This document shows, in pieces, positions 11,771-24,989 of a stretch of DNA of 64,000 nt (position 1 is its first letter; each line of letters starts with the position of its first letter). The notes below the pieces were generated by a model. It did no database searches, was not told where the DNA came from, and was given only the letters and a program-made list of their open reading frames with translations. Source of the stretch: Azolla caroliniana (Eukaryota > Plantae > Polypodiophyta); contig JBHGNT010000003.1 of the NCBI GenBank assembly GCA_043228905.1, positions 5,208,001-5,272,000 on the forward strand, read 5' to 3'. The position numbers and the translations under genes are program-made.

Positions 11771-13502
11771 GTCCAATATTAACATATATCATTGTATAAT
11801 TCCCATCACCAACCACCAAATATAAGTTAATGAGGAATGGATGTACGAGGTAAGGGGCATTTTTGCCTTTGTAGTGAATTTACCCTTGGGACTTAAAATA
11901 ACATACCCTATATATGCAACCCCAATAAGATGAAGGTCAAAACCCAAGATTTCTGATAGTTATTCCTTTCTTCAATACTCCCATTTGCATTAGTATGCAA
12001 GAATGTTCCAAATGGGTAGCAAAGAAAGCCTTTCACTACTACATTTATGAATGCATGCCCGTTACATGAAATTCGGACTTCTAGGGTTCTTGCATCACCA
12101 AAATGTTCACACCTACATAGAATAATTCATTATTTAAACCCACATGTGGTAATGCTTTAGTTGCATCCACATAAGCTATGAAAAGTAGGAATTTTCGTAT
12201 GGTCAAATAGAAAAACTAAGTAAACTAAAAGCTTACTAATATTTGGATTTGGGTGATCCAAGTTGCCATCTTAGCTATTGCACATCTGATTGTTCTAACT
12301 AAAAGCTTACTATAGTTGTTTGGATTTGGTTGATCCAAGTATGATTCTTCTGATAGTTCTAGAGTAAGCTTCTTCAAGAGAGATGCCCATACGATTCCCA
12401 ATCTATTTGCAAAACATATGGTTATTCCACAATAAGCTTCTTCAAGAGGGATGCCCATATGATCTAATTGTAAAGAATAAGAAAGAGGATGCATCTGTGG
12501 ACTGAATGAACAAAAATAAAATATGGAGTGGATAAAAAGCTGTAAACATTGTGTTGAAAGCTTTGAAGCATGTAATAGAGAATATCATAATGTCATTTAT
12601 AGCGAAATATAACAAGTTTACTAAGACACTTCTTTATGTTTTGTACATGTAAACACTTCTTTTAGTTGAGGGTCTGCTATGTTTTGTATCCAATTGTTGG
12701 TCCCAAGTTGCTTAAAAAGGTTTCTCATTCACATGGTTCAACTTGATGTTTTTTGGATGGAGGATAGTTAAAGTTTGCTCATCCTAGCCATCTACATTCA
12801 TTAGCGTGTTTCATGGAAAAGGTGATTGACACTATTTCAATGTCAAAGGACAAAATAATTTCAGTATGAATGAGACAACAAAGTTTCGAATAATTCTACA
12901 TTGTCATGTTTCATGGCTTTGGCATCTTGTTCTTCTCTCACATTGATGTTTAGTTGGGGGCATCATCAACTTTGGGGCATGTTAATCATCGTTTTAAGTG
13001 AAATGCTACGTTTCCTTTTCCTTCCATGACTTGTGATTGGACTCTAAGAAAATTGGGATAAGATGTTGTCCATTTCTCATTAGGATTGTATATGTAGATA
13101 GAGGCCACAAATGTGACACAGAAATGGGCTTGTTTTCTATTTGTAAATTTAGACCCAAATAATAAAATAGATAGTTGAGTAATTTGGCTCATTAAAGATA
13201 TGCAATTTTTTAAGGAGTATTAATGAAAGTACACTTATTTTTCTTGGAACTTTGAAGCAAATTGTTTCTTGAAGTAAAGTACAAAAATGCCATCCACTTT
13301 TAGGTTGGAGTGCTCAATTGATTCAGAGCAATTACCTAACGATAAACTCAATGGAGTTTATGGTAAAAGTTCCAAACTTGGCCGAGTCTATGCACAAAGT
13401 GAAATAATAGATGCACTCAACCAAGCCTACGTATACAAATGAATTTTGATCATGTTCAAATTTGGACATTTGAATAACTTTTAGGTTGATCAAGTTTGCA
13501 TG

Positions 13503-13955
13503 TGAAAAGAATTGCGTGCAGAAGCAATATAGGAAAACCGAACAACAGAAAACGCAAGGTTTAATGGAAAGCTTAGGTTTGCACAGTACACACGGGAGAG
13601 ACAGAGAGAGAGTAAAACACAAAACTTAATTCAAAAATAATACTCAATCTGTACATAGGATGTGCTCAGTGAACACTTTTATACAAGCCCTGACAATCGG
13701 GCTGACACAAGTACTGAGAATACTTGATTGCTCATAAATGAGCTTCGACTCTTACTCCCAAAACTATTCCTTACGAGGAATATCTCTCTAACGGCCTTTC
13801 GGTTTACGCACCGATACGGCCTTCCTACGCACTGATATGCGTACCGGTTTACGCGCCCGTTTTACGCACCGGTCCAGCCTAACCGATCGGTCCCAATCGA
13901 TCCAGTCCTCGGTTTGCTTAGCCGATCCGGCCGATGTTGAGTTTGTCTCTTAACA
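13503..13955 (-). mobile_element. Solo LTR (copia family of the 43464-43865 LTR)
   Basis: TG...CA termini; colinear with 43464-43865 (aaactattccttacgaggaatatct; gttgagtttgtctct). Flanks gcatg/acgtg match only 3/5. Confidence 0.75.
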
Positions 13956-14058
13956 ACGTGCACAATTGAATCCGCAAAACCATGATCAAGGTGATATGTT
14001 CATTTTAGTCAATATGCTCAAATGAGTTCTGGACTTTGTCGAGTTTCTTGGTCAAACT

Positions 14059-15683
14059 ATTCCTACACTTGATTTGGATTTGAACAGTTGAAGGAGGTCT
14101 CCACTTCTCCAAATTAGTGACCGTGATCAAGTTGTAGATGCATTTTAACAATGAAGCCCAATGGTTTTGTATAAGGAATTTCTTGTTGGAGTTTGAGCAC
14201 GTAACGACTTTCAATGTGCCTATAGAATAACTATTTCTTAATTGGTTTTTCTTGTTTAGATTGGTCGTACCATTGTCTAAACTTTTGTTGGTGAGATGGG
14301 TGGCAGTGAATGTTAATCACTGTGGAACTAAAATGCTATAAACTAGCCAAGAAGCAAATCAAATGTTACTCTAGGAAACAATTGCTTTCACTTGACTCAA
14401 CTTTAGGAAACAATTAATTTCACTTGAATTAACTATGACTTTAATCACAAAGAGACTTTACGATGTTTCTATTTACTCGATAGAAGAATGAAGAGATGAA
14501 AAATTACCGTCACGATCCAATTTTCATCTTAATTAATATTAGGCGGATCAGATTATTGTACTCCATCGTAACTTATAAGTGGATTGAATATAAATTGCTC
14601 ATTATCCTGATAGAAGTAGGGTGTGATTTTATATATGTAGTTAACAACGAGAAGATTTATGATTTGCCCCACTTTATGTTTAGATGATGGTTCAAAATAT
14701 TATGAAGTTGATGATGCAAAACATATTCGTCGAGGGTTTCATATCAAGTTTGTCCTCTAAATCGATGTTGTGTCACCTTTTCCAACCTTCCAAGTTGATG
14801 ATGCAAAACATGTTCGTTGAGGATTTCATCAAGCCGGAGAGTACTTAAAGTTTCTCCATCCTATCAATATACTTGTGCTATGTGATTAATGTGATGCAAA
14901 TTTGGTATCATTCATTGTGTGGTGGATATGTGTTGTTTCATGTTATATCATGTGGTTATGTGAATATTATGGTTGATGGTGTTGGATATCATGCGGTGTG
15001 TTCTAGTGATTTATTTAGTGTTCATTAGCTTGTATCACACAATGCGTTGAAATATTATTGGTGCCAATATTTAGTCTAATATCAACACCATGTAATATCC
15101 TGTTTTTGTTGTGAAAACACATCCCAACACTTTTTGTTGTCTCCCTTGCCTTCACTTTTGGGCTCCCATTACCTGAGATTTCTCGCCAACTTGGTTGATC
15201 TACGCAAATTCAACACAAATTAACATCCACTTTTTGGGCCTTCCCAAAATCAATCTTTTAATGCATTGAGGTGGTCATAAGAGTAAGGTTTCTCCATCTA
15301 CCTTGATTACTATTATATCTCTTCATTTGATCACCAAATGACAAAACAAATTTAATATGAGTGAGAAAAAAAGCATTTCATTGATTTATACACATGCCAT
15401 TTGTAGTGTCATTTCATCTTCGTCTTCTACGACATTTGTGGTTTACTAATACTATAAAGTCAAAAATCTTGGTAGGTTATTCGTCTTTTCAATGTAGCGT
15501 CTTGTTTCCTTTCTTGGCAGGTTAATAATCTTTTCAATGTAGTGGTGTGTTAAACTAAATCTATACAAAAGATTGAATGTAAGACAAGAAGGATGAGAGA
15601 CAAGATCAACTTCAAGACAATGAAAATAAGCATACTTAGTTCAATCATTGAAGAGCTTACGTTATGAGTGAGAGTTGACAATG
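14059..15683. repeat. Unclassified dispersed repeat, copy B (continues at 18075-18170 after the LINE insertion)
   Basis: Colinear with 1-1550. Confidence 0.8.
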
Positions 15684-18074
15684 TTTTTTTAGTAACACTT
15701 TTATTACTAGTGGGAAACCTCAAAGTGAGGTGAAAACCCACAAAGAATAAAGAAAAATATACAAGTGTTAATTAGACACTGTTGAGAATCAAGCTCAACA
15801 TAGAGCAACGTGTGAACACACCTTTTGAGAATCTATGATTACTCAAAGGTCCAGAGTCACACCATCACTCTCTACACATTAAACAATGTGTCATAGATTC
15901 ATATTCAATGACACATAACTAATGGTTCTACATTCCCCATGACCGTAAGACTTCACATTCCTCAATGCTCTAGTGAGAGAGTGAATGTTGTAGTGAGTAA
16001 ATAAAGAGAGAGGGTGACTTTATATAAAGCACCCTCCTCCTACTCCATACTAAGTTGGTTGTGACTCCTTGTAACACTATTTTGTATCTCATATTCTACT
16101 TGTTAATATACATCTCCTTCTTCTTCTTGAGTACTTCATATTGTCTCTTATCTATCTTGTGTTTCTCTCCTCTCCTCTCTTCTCTCACACATACACACAT
16201 AACTCACATCTCTTCCGCTTCACAGGAATCATATCCGATTCTTTATAGACAGTAAAGAGCTTAAAAGCACTCAAAGTAAAGGTTATAAATTTGGAGTGTG
16301 ATGTCTCTAAGTTGTAGACAATCAAATAGAGATTACCTGAGGGATTGCTTAAAGAAGCTAACTTCATGCAGTTGCTTTCGAGCAAAGAGCTTATAATTGC
16401 GGGCTGTCCAAATGGTCCAAAGTGCCCAAAATCGTGTCCATTGGAGAAAATAGGCATTGTCGGATAGGGCGCATGGAATTTGTCCAAATATCCAAAAGTG
16501 TTTATCAAACCTTCGGCAAGGAAATCTATGATAAAGAGATACACTTAGTCTTTGTACAAACGTTGTAGTGAATGAACAAGTCCGTAATAAGTGTGGGACT
16601 GTTTCCAATCGTCCACCACATCTTGCACAATGCGGCGAGGTTATCGATCTCTTTTGAAGATTTGACCCAGTCGGGAGGACACCCAATAAGCATCTCCATA
16701 GGAATAGCCATTGGTTAAGTGGAAGACCAGAGCTCCATGAGCTTGTAAGCTTGTTATTCCACCAGGACTGCGTTTTGTGCAGGTTCCATAATGCATTTGC
16801 ATGTTCGTGAAACCATGGGTCAAGTCGCAACAACATATACACTGAATGTGTTGTAATGTTATGCATTGGAATAACAATGTTCCCTTTTCGTAACATCCAA
16901 TCCTGAATCCTGCGATCTCCATTGAGAGGTGGCACAAGTATTAAGGAAAGCACCAACTCAGTGACTTGATTCCATATAATGCGATGATGTGGCCCAAGAT
17001 TATAACGACATGTCATGTCATTGAAGTGCAATAAGTGGCCTTCGTCATTTACCACATCTGCAATTGATTTCAGCCCCTTCTTTGCTAAAAAATAAGCTTT
17101 CCTAGGCTCTTGTTTAGCTAATGACTGTGGGAATATAGCACTCCGGTGTAAGCTTTCCATTTTATGTGGTGCAATACGTCCTTCCAGTGCTTTAGAAGCT
17201 TTGAGCTAAACGAACAATCTTTGATGTGTCCGTCAAGCTTTCCAAAAACTGCATCCCAATGGTTAGTTTCCCATGAGCCAAATGACTTAGTTTTCAAAAG
17301 ATCAAACAGATCAGATAACATTCTTGCCCAAGGCAATGTTTTTTCAGCAAATTTCGCAATAAAGTAGCTTTTCTAGCCAACATATGCAAATGCAAATTAA
17401 GAAAATTTAGCCCTCCACTCAATCGTGGAGTGCATATCTTCTCTAATGATAGAAGCCGTATACCTCTATGCGACTGCTTAGAGCACCAAAAGTTGCTTAT
17501 GATTTCTAAGTTAATCTTTTGTATCATGTGTTTCGGCCAATCAATCATAATTAAGTAATACTGCATATAAGCCATGAATATGGATTGCGCTATCCTCAAT
17601 CTAACATGGAGTGGCCATGTTGCAATCTTCCAATAGCTTAGCTTTTGTCTCACTTTTTGCAAAACCCATTCAACCTTTCTTTTCCCTGTTGCATTCCATC
17701 CCAATGGATAGCCAAGATGTCTAACCATTTCATTTGGGCTAACAATCTGACTTGACCACATAAGTTGATGCCAACTATATGGTGTCAAGGGTAGAAGTTT
17801 GGACTTCTTGAAGTTAACATGCAATCCATACAATTTGAGGGCACCCATAATCACCCTCATATCATTTGGATTGTTTTGTGACAAGAATGATGTATCATCT
17901 GCATATGCTTGAGCCACGAAATCATGTCCGTCTTTCATTTGCAAACCATGAAGTTGACTAATTGATACTAGATGATCCATGTACAATAGTAGCGGATGAG
18001 TTGCGATTGCATACAACAATTCACTTATAGGACAACCTTGTCATACTGATTTGACTAAGCTCCATGAATTTGTT
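15684..18074 (-). mobile_element. 5'-truncated L1-clade LINE (RT C-terminus + zf-RVT) with 17-bp TSD
   Basis: TSD agtgagagttgacaatg at 15667-15683 and 18075-18091; poly(A) remnant (T7 at 15684-15690); AATAAA at 15705-15700; QGCPIS, AQAYADD, HLGYPLG (17294-18019); CARC...ETVPHLLRTC (16333-17160). Confidence 0.92.
15780..16247 (+). mobile_element. Solo LTR (family of the 40542 and 52812 LTRs) inserted in the LINE 3' region
   Basis: Starts tgttgagaatcaagctcaac, colinear with 40542-40995; TSD gacac/gacag. Confidence 0.88.
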
Positions 18075-18289
18075 AGTGAGAGTTGACAATGAAGGGAGAA
18101 TAGTGATCTATAGTAAGGAATGGGGTGTAAGGTTGAGGTATGGTTCTTTAAAAATGGAAAGGAATTTTGCATCAATCAAGTATCAAGGTCATGTTCTACA
18201 AAAGAAACTTACTATTTTGATCAAGCCTCTCTTAAAACCTATTAAAAATAGAGGAGAGCTCTTTTTTTGGGGGATATTTGGATTAGGAT

Positions 18290-18810
18290 TTGGATGATGT
18301 ATGATCTTATGTTGGTTTGTAAAGTTATATTAGGATTTGATGGATCTTCAACATGTTTTATGTTGCTTTATTAAGGTACTTTAGTGCTTGATGGACTCCT
18401 ATTTTAGCATAATCTAGATGATGCTCTTTTATGGATTGGCAAGGCAGATTATGTTAGGAGAAATGTACAATTTAGGTGATTTTTGAAATGTAGCTATGCT
18501 TTTAGATGGATTTGAGATGTACAATTTAGGCATGGTTTAGATGGGGTAAGAAATGGTAGAGCAAAGGTTTCAATAAACTATATGTTTTAGTTTGCACAAG
18601 ATAAATGAGGTTTTGGATAAGGAATGCTTTAGGTTTGAAAACTAGTAAACTAGAGTTGGTGAAGCTATGGATTTTGAATGTAGATTTGGTTTGGATAAGG
18701 TATGCTTTCTGTATGGGTTTCAAGACACATGAGATTAGGTTTGGATAATGTATGACTTTAGGTCGCTGGGCTCAAGGGCAGATGAGGTTTGAGTTGGAAT
18801 TCCGTGATGT
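18290..18810. repeat. Degenerate low-complexity tandem repeats
   Basis: Recurrent tttggataaggtatg, ttaggttt and tagatgg motifs. Confidence 0.5.
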
Positions 18811-19453
18811 TCTAGGTATTCTTTAGGTAGTTTGATTGTTTCATTAATCTCTAGAATGGTTCTAGCTATAATTTGAGTAACATTGGCATTTTCATAATGA
18901 ATTTTTTAGTGTGAGGTTTTGGTCGAACTTTTCCAGCCGTTTGGATGCGAATACTAGGAATTGAAGTGAAAAATGGACTAATGTTGTGGTATACTGGTAT
19001 AAATTCTTGAGCTTAGATTGTTCTCTCATGATGATGATTATGAATCTCGTTTGATTATCACTACCATTAGTATTAAAGGTAAAACTCCAAAGAGTGCCAC
19101 TATGTTTTTCTTTATTTCCCCAAATACACCAATGTTCTCATTAGTTGCCCAAATGCTCCTGCTCAATCCTTGTGGGAGAAAAGGCAGATCAATTGACCAA
19201 TTTAATCATTCGAATAGCACATGTAGTTGCTCCACACTCATGGGCTAGCCAGAGGTGTTTGGGAAAATTAACAGAAACTAGAGTGCAACATTTCAATATT
19301 ATAATTGTCATCAAGCATGCATTAGTTTTTGAAAGGTGGTGCCTTGAAGCTACGAGCTGCAGAATCAACATACCATGTAGGCTTTCCGTCATATACTGTT
19401 GATTGCAATTTGGTTTTAGGATTTTGGAGTACAATAAACGCCGAACAGCCATG

Positions 19454-22400
19454 TGACAGGAACTACACGCTCCCTATACGCAACGCTCGGCCACAACCGA
19501 GCTTAGAATCATACACAAAAAACGGGAAATGAAATGCACGACACAGTGAAGAGAAGAGCACACAGGATGTTTACGTGGAAAACCCAAACTAGGGAAAAAC
19601 CACGGCAACCCACAGGCTGCAAACTATCACTATGTTACAGTGTACAACAGTAAAGCACCGAGGTAACAACCTCGAGCTTTCTATCTTCGCCACAGGCGGC
19701 GGTTACAACAGAGGCAACGACCTCTTCCTCTCTCTCTCTCTCTCTTTGTACACAGTTACGCGCTCTGATCTCTTGCGCCAACAAGAATAACAACAACTAC
19801 TTATCTAAAAGTTTGCCCTAAGTCATATTTATACTAAAATGACTTTTCGGCTATTTACAAATATAGCCACGATGGACTCTCAAAAACATATTTACGAATA
19901 TGTCTCTTCATCCGGTGAGCACTCCTAATCGGGCCTGCATCATTCAGCGCTTGCCAGGTACTCGTCATCCGGTTCTCACCGGGTCTGCACCATCTGGCTT
20001 TCCGTAGCCGGGTACTCGTCATCCGGTTTCGGCCTCGGCCGAGTTTGCTCAGCAGCATTGTTCTTCTCCCTTCCCATCCGGAGGGACCTGTCTCCCAACA
20101 AACTCCCCCTTCACTCAGGCATGGGGTGTCTTACTAGTCCGATCCTCTTCCGGCATGCATCCAGCTTGTCGGGTATCAACACTTTGGTTAGCATATCTGA
20201 CCTGTTCTCGACCGTGTGGATCTTCGTCAGTGCGAACTCCTGGTCATCTACTCTTTCCCGAATCCAGTGATATTTTCGCTGGATATGCTTCGTCCGGGAA
20301 TGGTAGGCCGCATTCTTAGCAAGATGGATGGCACTTTTATTGTCGCAATAGAGCCAGTATTCATCTTGCCGGATACCGAGCTCTCCGATGAAATCCTGCA
20401 TCCATAATATTTCCTTGCCGGCTTCCACAGCCGCCATGTGCTCCGCCTCCGTGGTTAACAATGCAACCGTCTTCTACAGCCTCGACTGCCACAAAACAGC
20501 TCCCCCTGCATATGTCATTACATACCCGGATGTAGACCGGCTGGTATCCACATCAGCCGACATGTCCGAATCGGTGAAACCGTCAAGTTGAGGTTTTCCG
20601 GAGCCGAATCAGAGACACATATTTGAAGTGCCCTTCAAATGCCTGAGTATCCATTTGACCGCGTTCCAATGCTCCTTGTCGGGATTGCTCATAAACCGGC
20701 TCACCACTCTGACTGCGTATCCTATATCCGGACGGGTACACACCATTGCGTACATTAGGCTCCCGACGGCAGAGGCATATGGGACCTTCATCATCTCCGC
20801 CTTCTCTACTTTCGTCTTTGGGCTTTGCTTACCGGATAGCCTGTAGTTTGCCGGAAGTGTCGATATGACCGGTTTCGCATCTGACATGTTGAACCGGTGA
20901 AGCACCTTTGTCACATACTTCTCCTGTGACAACCACAATTGCTTCATTGACCGGTTCCGAATAATATGCATCCCCAGCATCTGTCTTGCCGGACCCAAGT
21001 CTTTCATTGAGAAGGTCCGGTTGAGAGCCTTCTTCAGCATCCGTATTTTGGCTTGGTCCCGTCCGACGATCAACATGTCGTCCACGTACAGAAGGAGTAT
21101 CAGGAAGTCGCCTCCTTCAAACTTCTTCACAAACATGCAGTGATCGGCCTACGTCTTGTGGTACCCTTGATTGGTCATGAAGGAATCGAACTTCTAGTAC
21201 CATTGTCGGGGAGCCTGCTTTAGTCCGTACAGGCTCTTCTTCAGCCGGCATACCAGGTGCTCCTTCCCTTTTTCCACAAATCCCTCCGGTTGCTGCATGT
21301 AGATCTCCTCTTCGAGGTCGCCGTGAAGGAATGCCGTCTTCACGTCCAACTGTTCTACCTCGAGGTCCATGCTTGCCGCTATACTCAGCACCGTCCGGAT
21401 GGAAGTCATCTTTACTACCGGGGCAAATATCTCGTCGAAGTCCACGCCCTTCTTCTACTGGAACCCCTTCACCACAATCCTGGCTTTGTATCTCGGGGGG
21501 TTGCCGGCATCTCCCGGTTTCAACTTGTACACCCACTTGTTTTGGAGGGCCCTCCTTCCTTTCGGCAACTCCACCAATTCGTACGTATGGTTCTCATGCA
21601 GGGAATCCATCTCATCCTGCATGGCACTTAACCAATTGCGGCTGTGGGTGTCATCCTTCACTTCTTCGAAGCTTTCCGGCTCCCCCTCATCGGTCAGCAA
21701 CACATGCTCTGCATCCGGAAATCTCCGGGGGGCCCTTCTCTCTCTAAGAGGATATCTCTGTCTTTGGGCTTCGGTAGCCGACTCCTCCATTTGCTCTTCA
21801 TCCGAATCCGATTCAGGGTCTTGGCCGGTTCCGGTCTCAGCTTCCTCTACTTCTTCTTCTGCCGGTTCGGTATCCTCACCGTAACCGGCTGGTTCCTTGA
21901 GTACTAACCGGTCTCTTGCCGGTTGGGTCTGCTCATCGTAGAATCTATCCTTACCGGTTGACTCGGAGTTCATTATCTTCTTCTCCGACTCCCAGTCGGT
22001 GAGCGTCTTGTCCTCCATGAAGATAATATCTCAACTCCGGAATACCTTCTTGTCGACTGGGTCCCACACTCTGTAGCCGAACTCATCGTCGCCGTAACCG
22101 AGGAATATGCACGGTCGGGTCTTTGGATCTAACTTTCCTCTCTGGTCCTTAGCTACATGCACGTACGCGAGACACCCGAACACCTTCAAATGCCGATAGG
22201 ACACTTCCTTACCGGTCCATACTCTCTGCGGTGTGTCTCCGTCCAAGGGTAATGAGGGTGATCTGTTTATCACGTATGTCGCCGTTGACAGTGGCTCAGC
22301 CCAGAACTTCTTGGGTAGTTTTGCATGCGCTAGCATACTCCGGACCCTCTCCATTATGGTCCGGTTCATCCTCTCGGCCAACCCGTTTAGTTCCGGCGTC

Positions 22401-24983
22401 TTCGCCACGGTAAATTCGAGTCGGATTCCCTTTGAGCGGCAGTACTCCTCGAACTGCCCCCGGTATTCACCTCCGTTATCTGCTCGAACCGCCTTCAGCT
22501 TCCGGCCGGTTTCTCTTTCCACTCTCGCGTGGAGCTCTTTGAGGACGGATAGCACATGATCCTTCGTCTTCAGCGGTGTGGCCCACAGCTTCTGGCTGTG
22601 GTCATCTATGAACGTCACGAAGTACCGCGCTCCGGCATGTGACTTCGTGTCCACTTGACACACATCAGTATGCACCAACTCCAGTGGTGCATTACGTCTC
22701 ATCGGTGGCCTTGGTCGGAAGGAGGTCCGGTTTTGCTTACCGGCCAGACAATCAGTACACTTCTCCAAGTGCACGTTCTTCACTGGAATGAGGTTGTCGT
22801 CTGCAAGCCTCTTCATCCCCTTCTCGCTCATGTGACGCAACCTTTTGTGCCACAGCTCACCGGCAATGTCGGATGCCACGTTCACTTCCTCCGGTCATAA
22901 CCGGGCATTCATTAGGTACAACGTGTTTACCTTCCGGGCCTGAGCCACAATCAGGCTCCCTTTGCTGAACTTCATAACACCGTTCCGGATGCTACCCGTG
23001 TAGCCTTCATCATCTAGCCGACCGGCTCATATCAGGTTCAGACGAACCTCCGGAATGTGTCGAACATCCTTCAGCAGCAACTTGCATCCGATTGGTGTTG
23101 TCAGCCACACGTCTCCTATGCCGACAATTCGGCATGTACCTTCATTCCCCATCTGGACACAGTCGTGATCACCGGCTGGGTAGGATGAGAAGCATTTCCG
23201 GTCCGGGGTAAGGTGGAACGACGCTTCGGAGTCTACCACCCAGGTCATCTCGTTGCCGGCAAGGTTTATCTCACTTTCCTCGGTGATGAGCATCAACTCT
23301 TCTTCACTTGCCGTGATTGCTGTCGTTCCCTTCCAGTCCGGCCCCCTCCGGTCTTTACCGTTTCGGTTCGGGATCCGCTTCGAATTGGTATGGTCGGTTT
23401 CCTTGTCTTTTCGGAAATGCCGACAGTTCTTTTGGAAGTGTCCTGGCTTGCCGTAATAGAAGCAAGTAGGCCTCCCCCTTGACTTTGACTGTGTCCTCGA
23501 CTTCTCCTGGTTCTGGGGACTACGGTTTCTATGTCTTCCGCGTTCCGATTCGGTAAGGAGCGCTTTGGAGTCGGAGCTCGTATCCTTATCTTTTCGACGC
23601 GCGTCCTCATCTAGCAAGCTCGACTTCACTCTTGCTAGGGATAACCGTTTTCCTTCCGGCCTGGCGTTGCCCAAAGTGACAACCAACGTCTCCCAGCTAT
23701 CCAGGAGGGAACTGAGCAGGAGTAGCGCTAGTACCTCATCGGCGAGAGGTACTTCCAATGATGTTGCCCGGTGGATCAGCCCTTTGAAGGCATTCATGTG
23801 CTCCGCCATGCTGGAGCCATCTTGGTACCGGAATCTTACTAGCTTCTGGAATACTGAAACCTGATTAACAACATTTTTGTTCTGAAACATAATGCCGATC
23901 TTCTCCCAGAGCTCATGAGCCTTGCTCTCTTCATTGAAGTTGTTGTATAGAATCATGTCGATGAAGCACCGTATGTACGCCGTTGTTTTCATGTGCATCA
24001 CCTCCCATATCGCGGTGTTGATTTTGTTCGGTCTCTTGTCCCCGAACTGAACCGGCAGCCAAAGGTCTTTAACCACGAGCATGTCCCTCATCTTCGACTT
24101 CCGCACCGAATAGTTGGAGTCAGTGAGCTTGAACATGCCTCCCAACGAATCGTCCATTTTCTGTGTCGTTTCGCTCTGATACCACTTGACAGGAACTACA
24201 CGCTCCCTATACGCAACGCTCGGCCACAACCGAGCTTAGAATAATACACAGAAAACGGGAAATGAAATGCACGACACAGTGAAGAGAAGAGTACACAGGA
24301 TGTTTACGTGGAAAACCCAAACTAGAGAAAAACCACGGCAGCCCACAGGCTGCAAACTATCACTATGTTACAGTGTACAACAGTAAAGCACCGAGGCAAC
24401 AATCTCGAGCTTTCTATCTTCGCCACAGGCGGCGGTTACAACAGAGGCAACAACCTCTTCCTCTCTGTCTCTCTCTCTCTTTGTACATAGTTACGCGCTC
24501 TGATCTCTTGCACCAACAAGAATAACAACAACTACTTATCTAAAAGTTTGCCCTAAGTCATATTTATACTAAAATGACTTTTCGGCTATTTACAAATATA
24601 GCCACGATGGACTCTCAGAAACATATTTACGAATATGTCTCTTCATCCGGTGAGCACTCCTAACCGGGCCTACATCATTCGGCGCTTGCCAGGTACTCGT
24701 CATCCGGTTCTCACTAGGTCTTCTGTTTCCGGGTACTCCTCATCCGGTTCTCACCGGGTTTGCACCATCCGGCTCTCCGTAGCCGGGTTCTCCTCATCCG
24801 GTTCTCACCGAGTCTGCACCATCCGGCTCTCCGTAGCCGGGTTCTCCTCATCTGGTTCTCACCGAGTCTGCACCATTCGGCTTTCCGTAGCCGGGTACTC
24901 GTCATCCGGTTTCGACCTCGGCCGAGTTTGCTCAACAACACTGTTCTTCTCCCTTCCCATCCGGAGGGACCTGTCTCCCAACA
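19454..24983 (-). mobile_element. Full-length decayed Ty1/copia LTR retrotransposon (Tnt1/Tork-like), copy 1
   Basis: 5' LTR 24187-24983, 3' LTR 19454-20100, TSD CCATG/CCATG, PBS TGGTATCAGAGC 24184-24173, PPT 20113-20101, domain order gag-PR-INT-RT-RH. Confidence 0.97.
20111..24157 (-). pseudogene. Copia gag-pol polyprotein with stops and frameshifts
   Basis: ATG 24157; degenerate knuckle CFYYGKPGHFQKNC; WVVDSEAS; LWHKRLRH; integrase VHTDV, ADNGGEY, AERMN; [20 protein letters not shown]; RNase H YCDNKSA, TKHI. Confidence 0.93.
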
Positions 24984-24989
24984 CCATGA

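Noticed and set aside
20058-24244. Many antisense ORFs over the copia pol regions (also 35733-38966, 41625-43317)
   Set aside because: Shadow ORFs of GC-rich coding sequence with no independent motifs.
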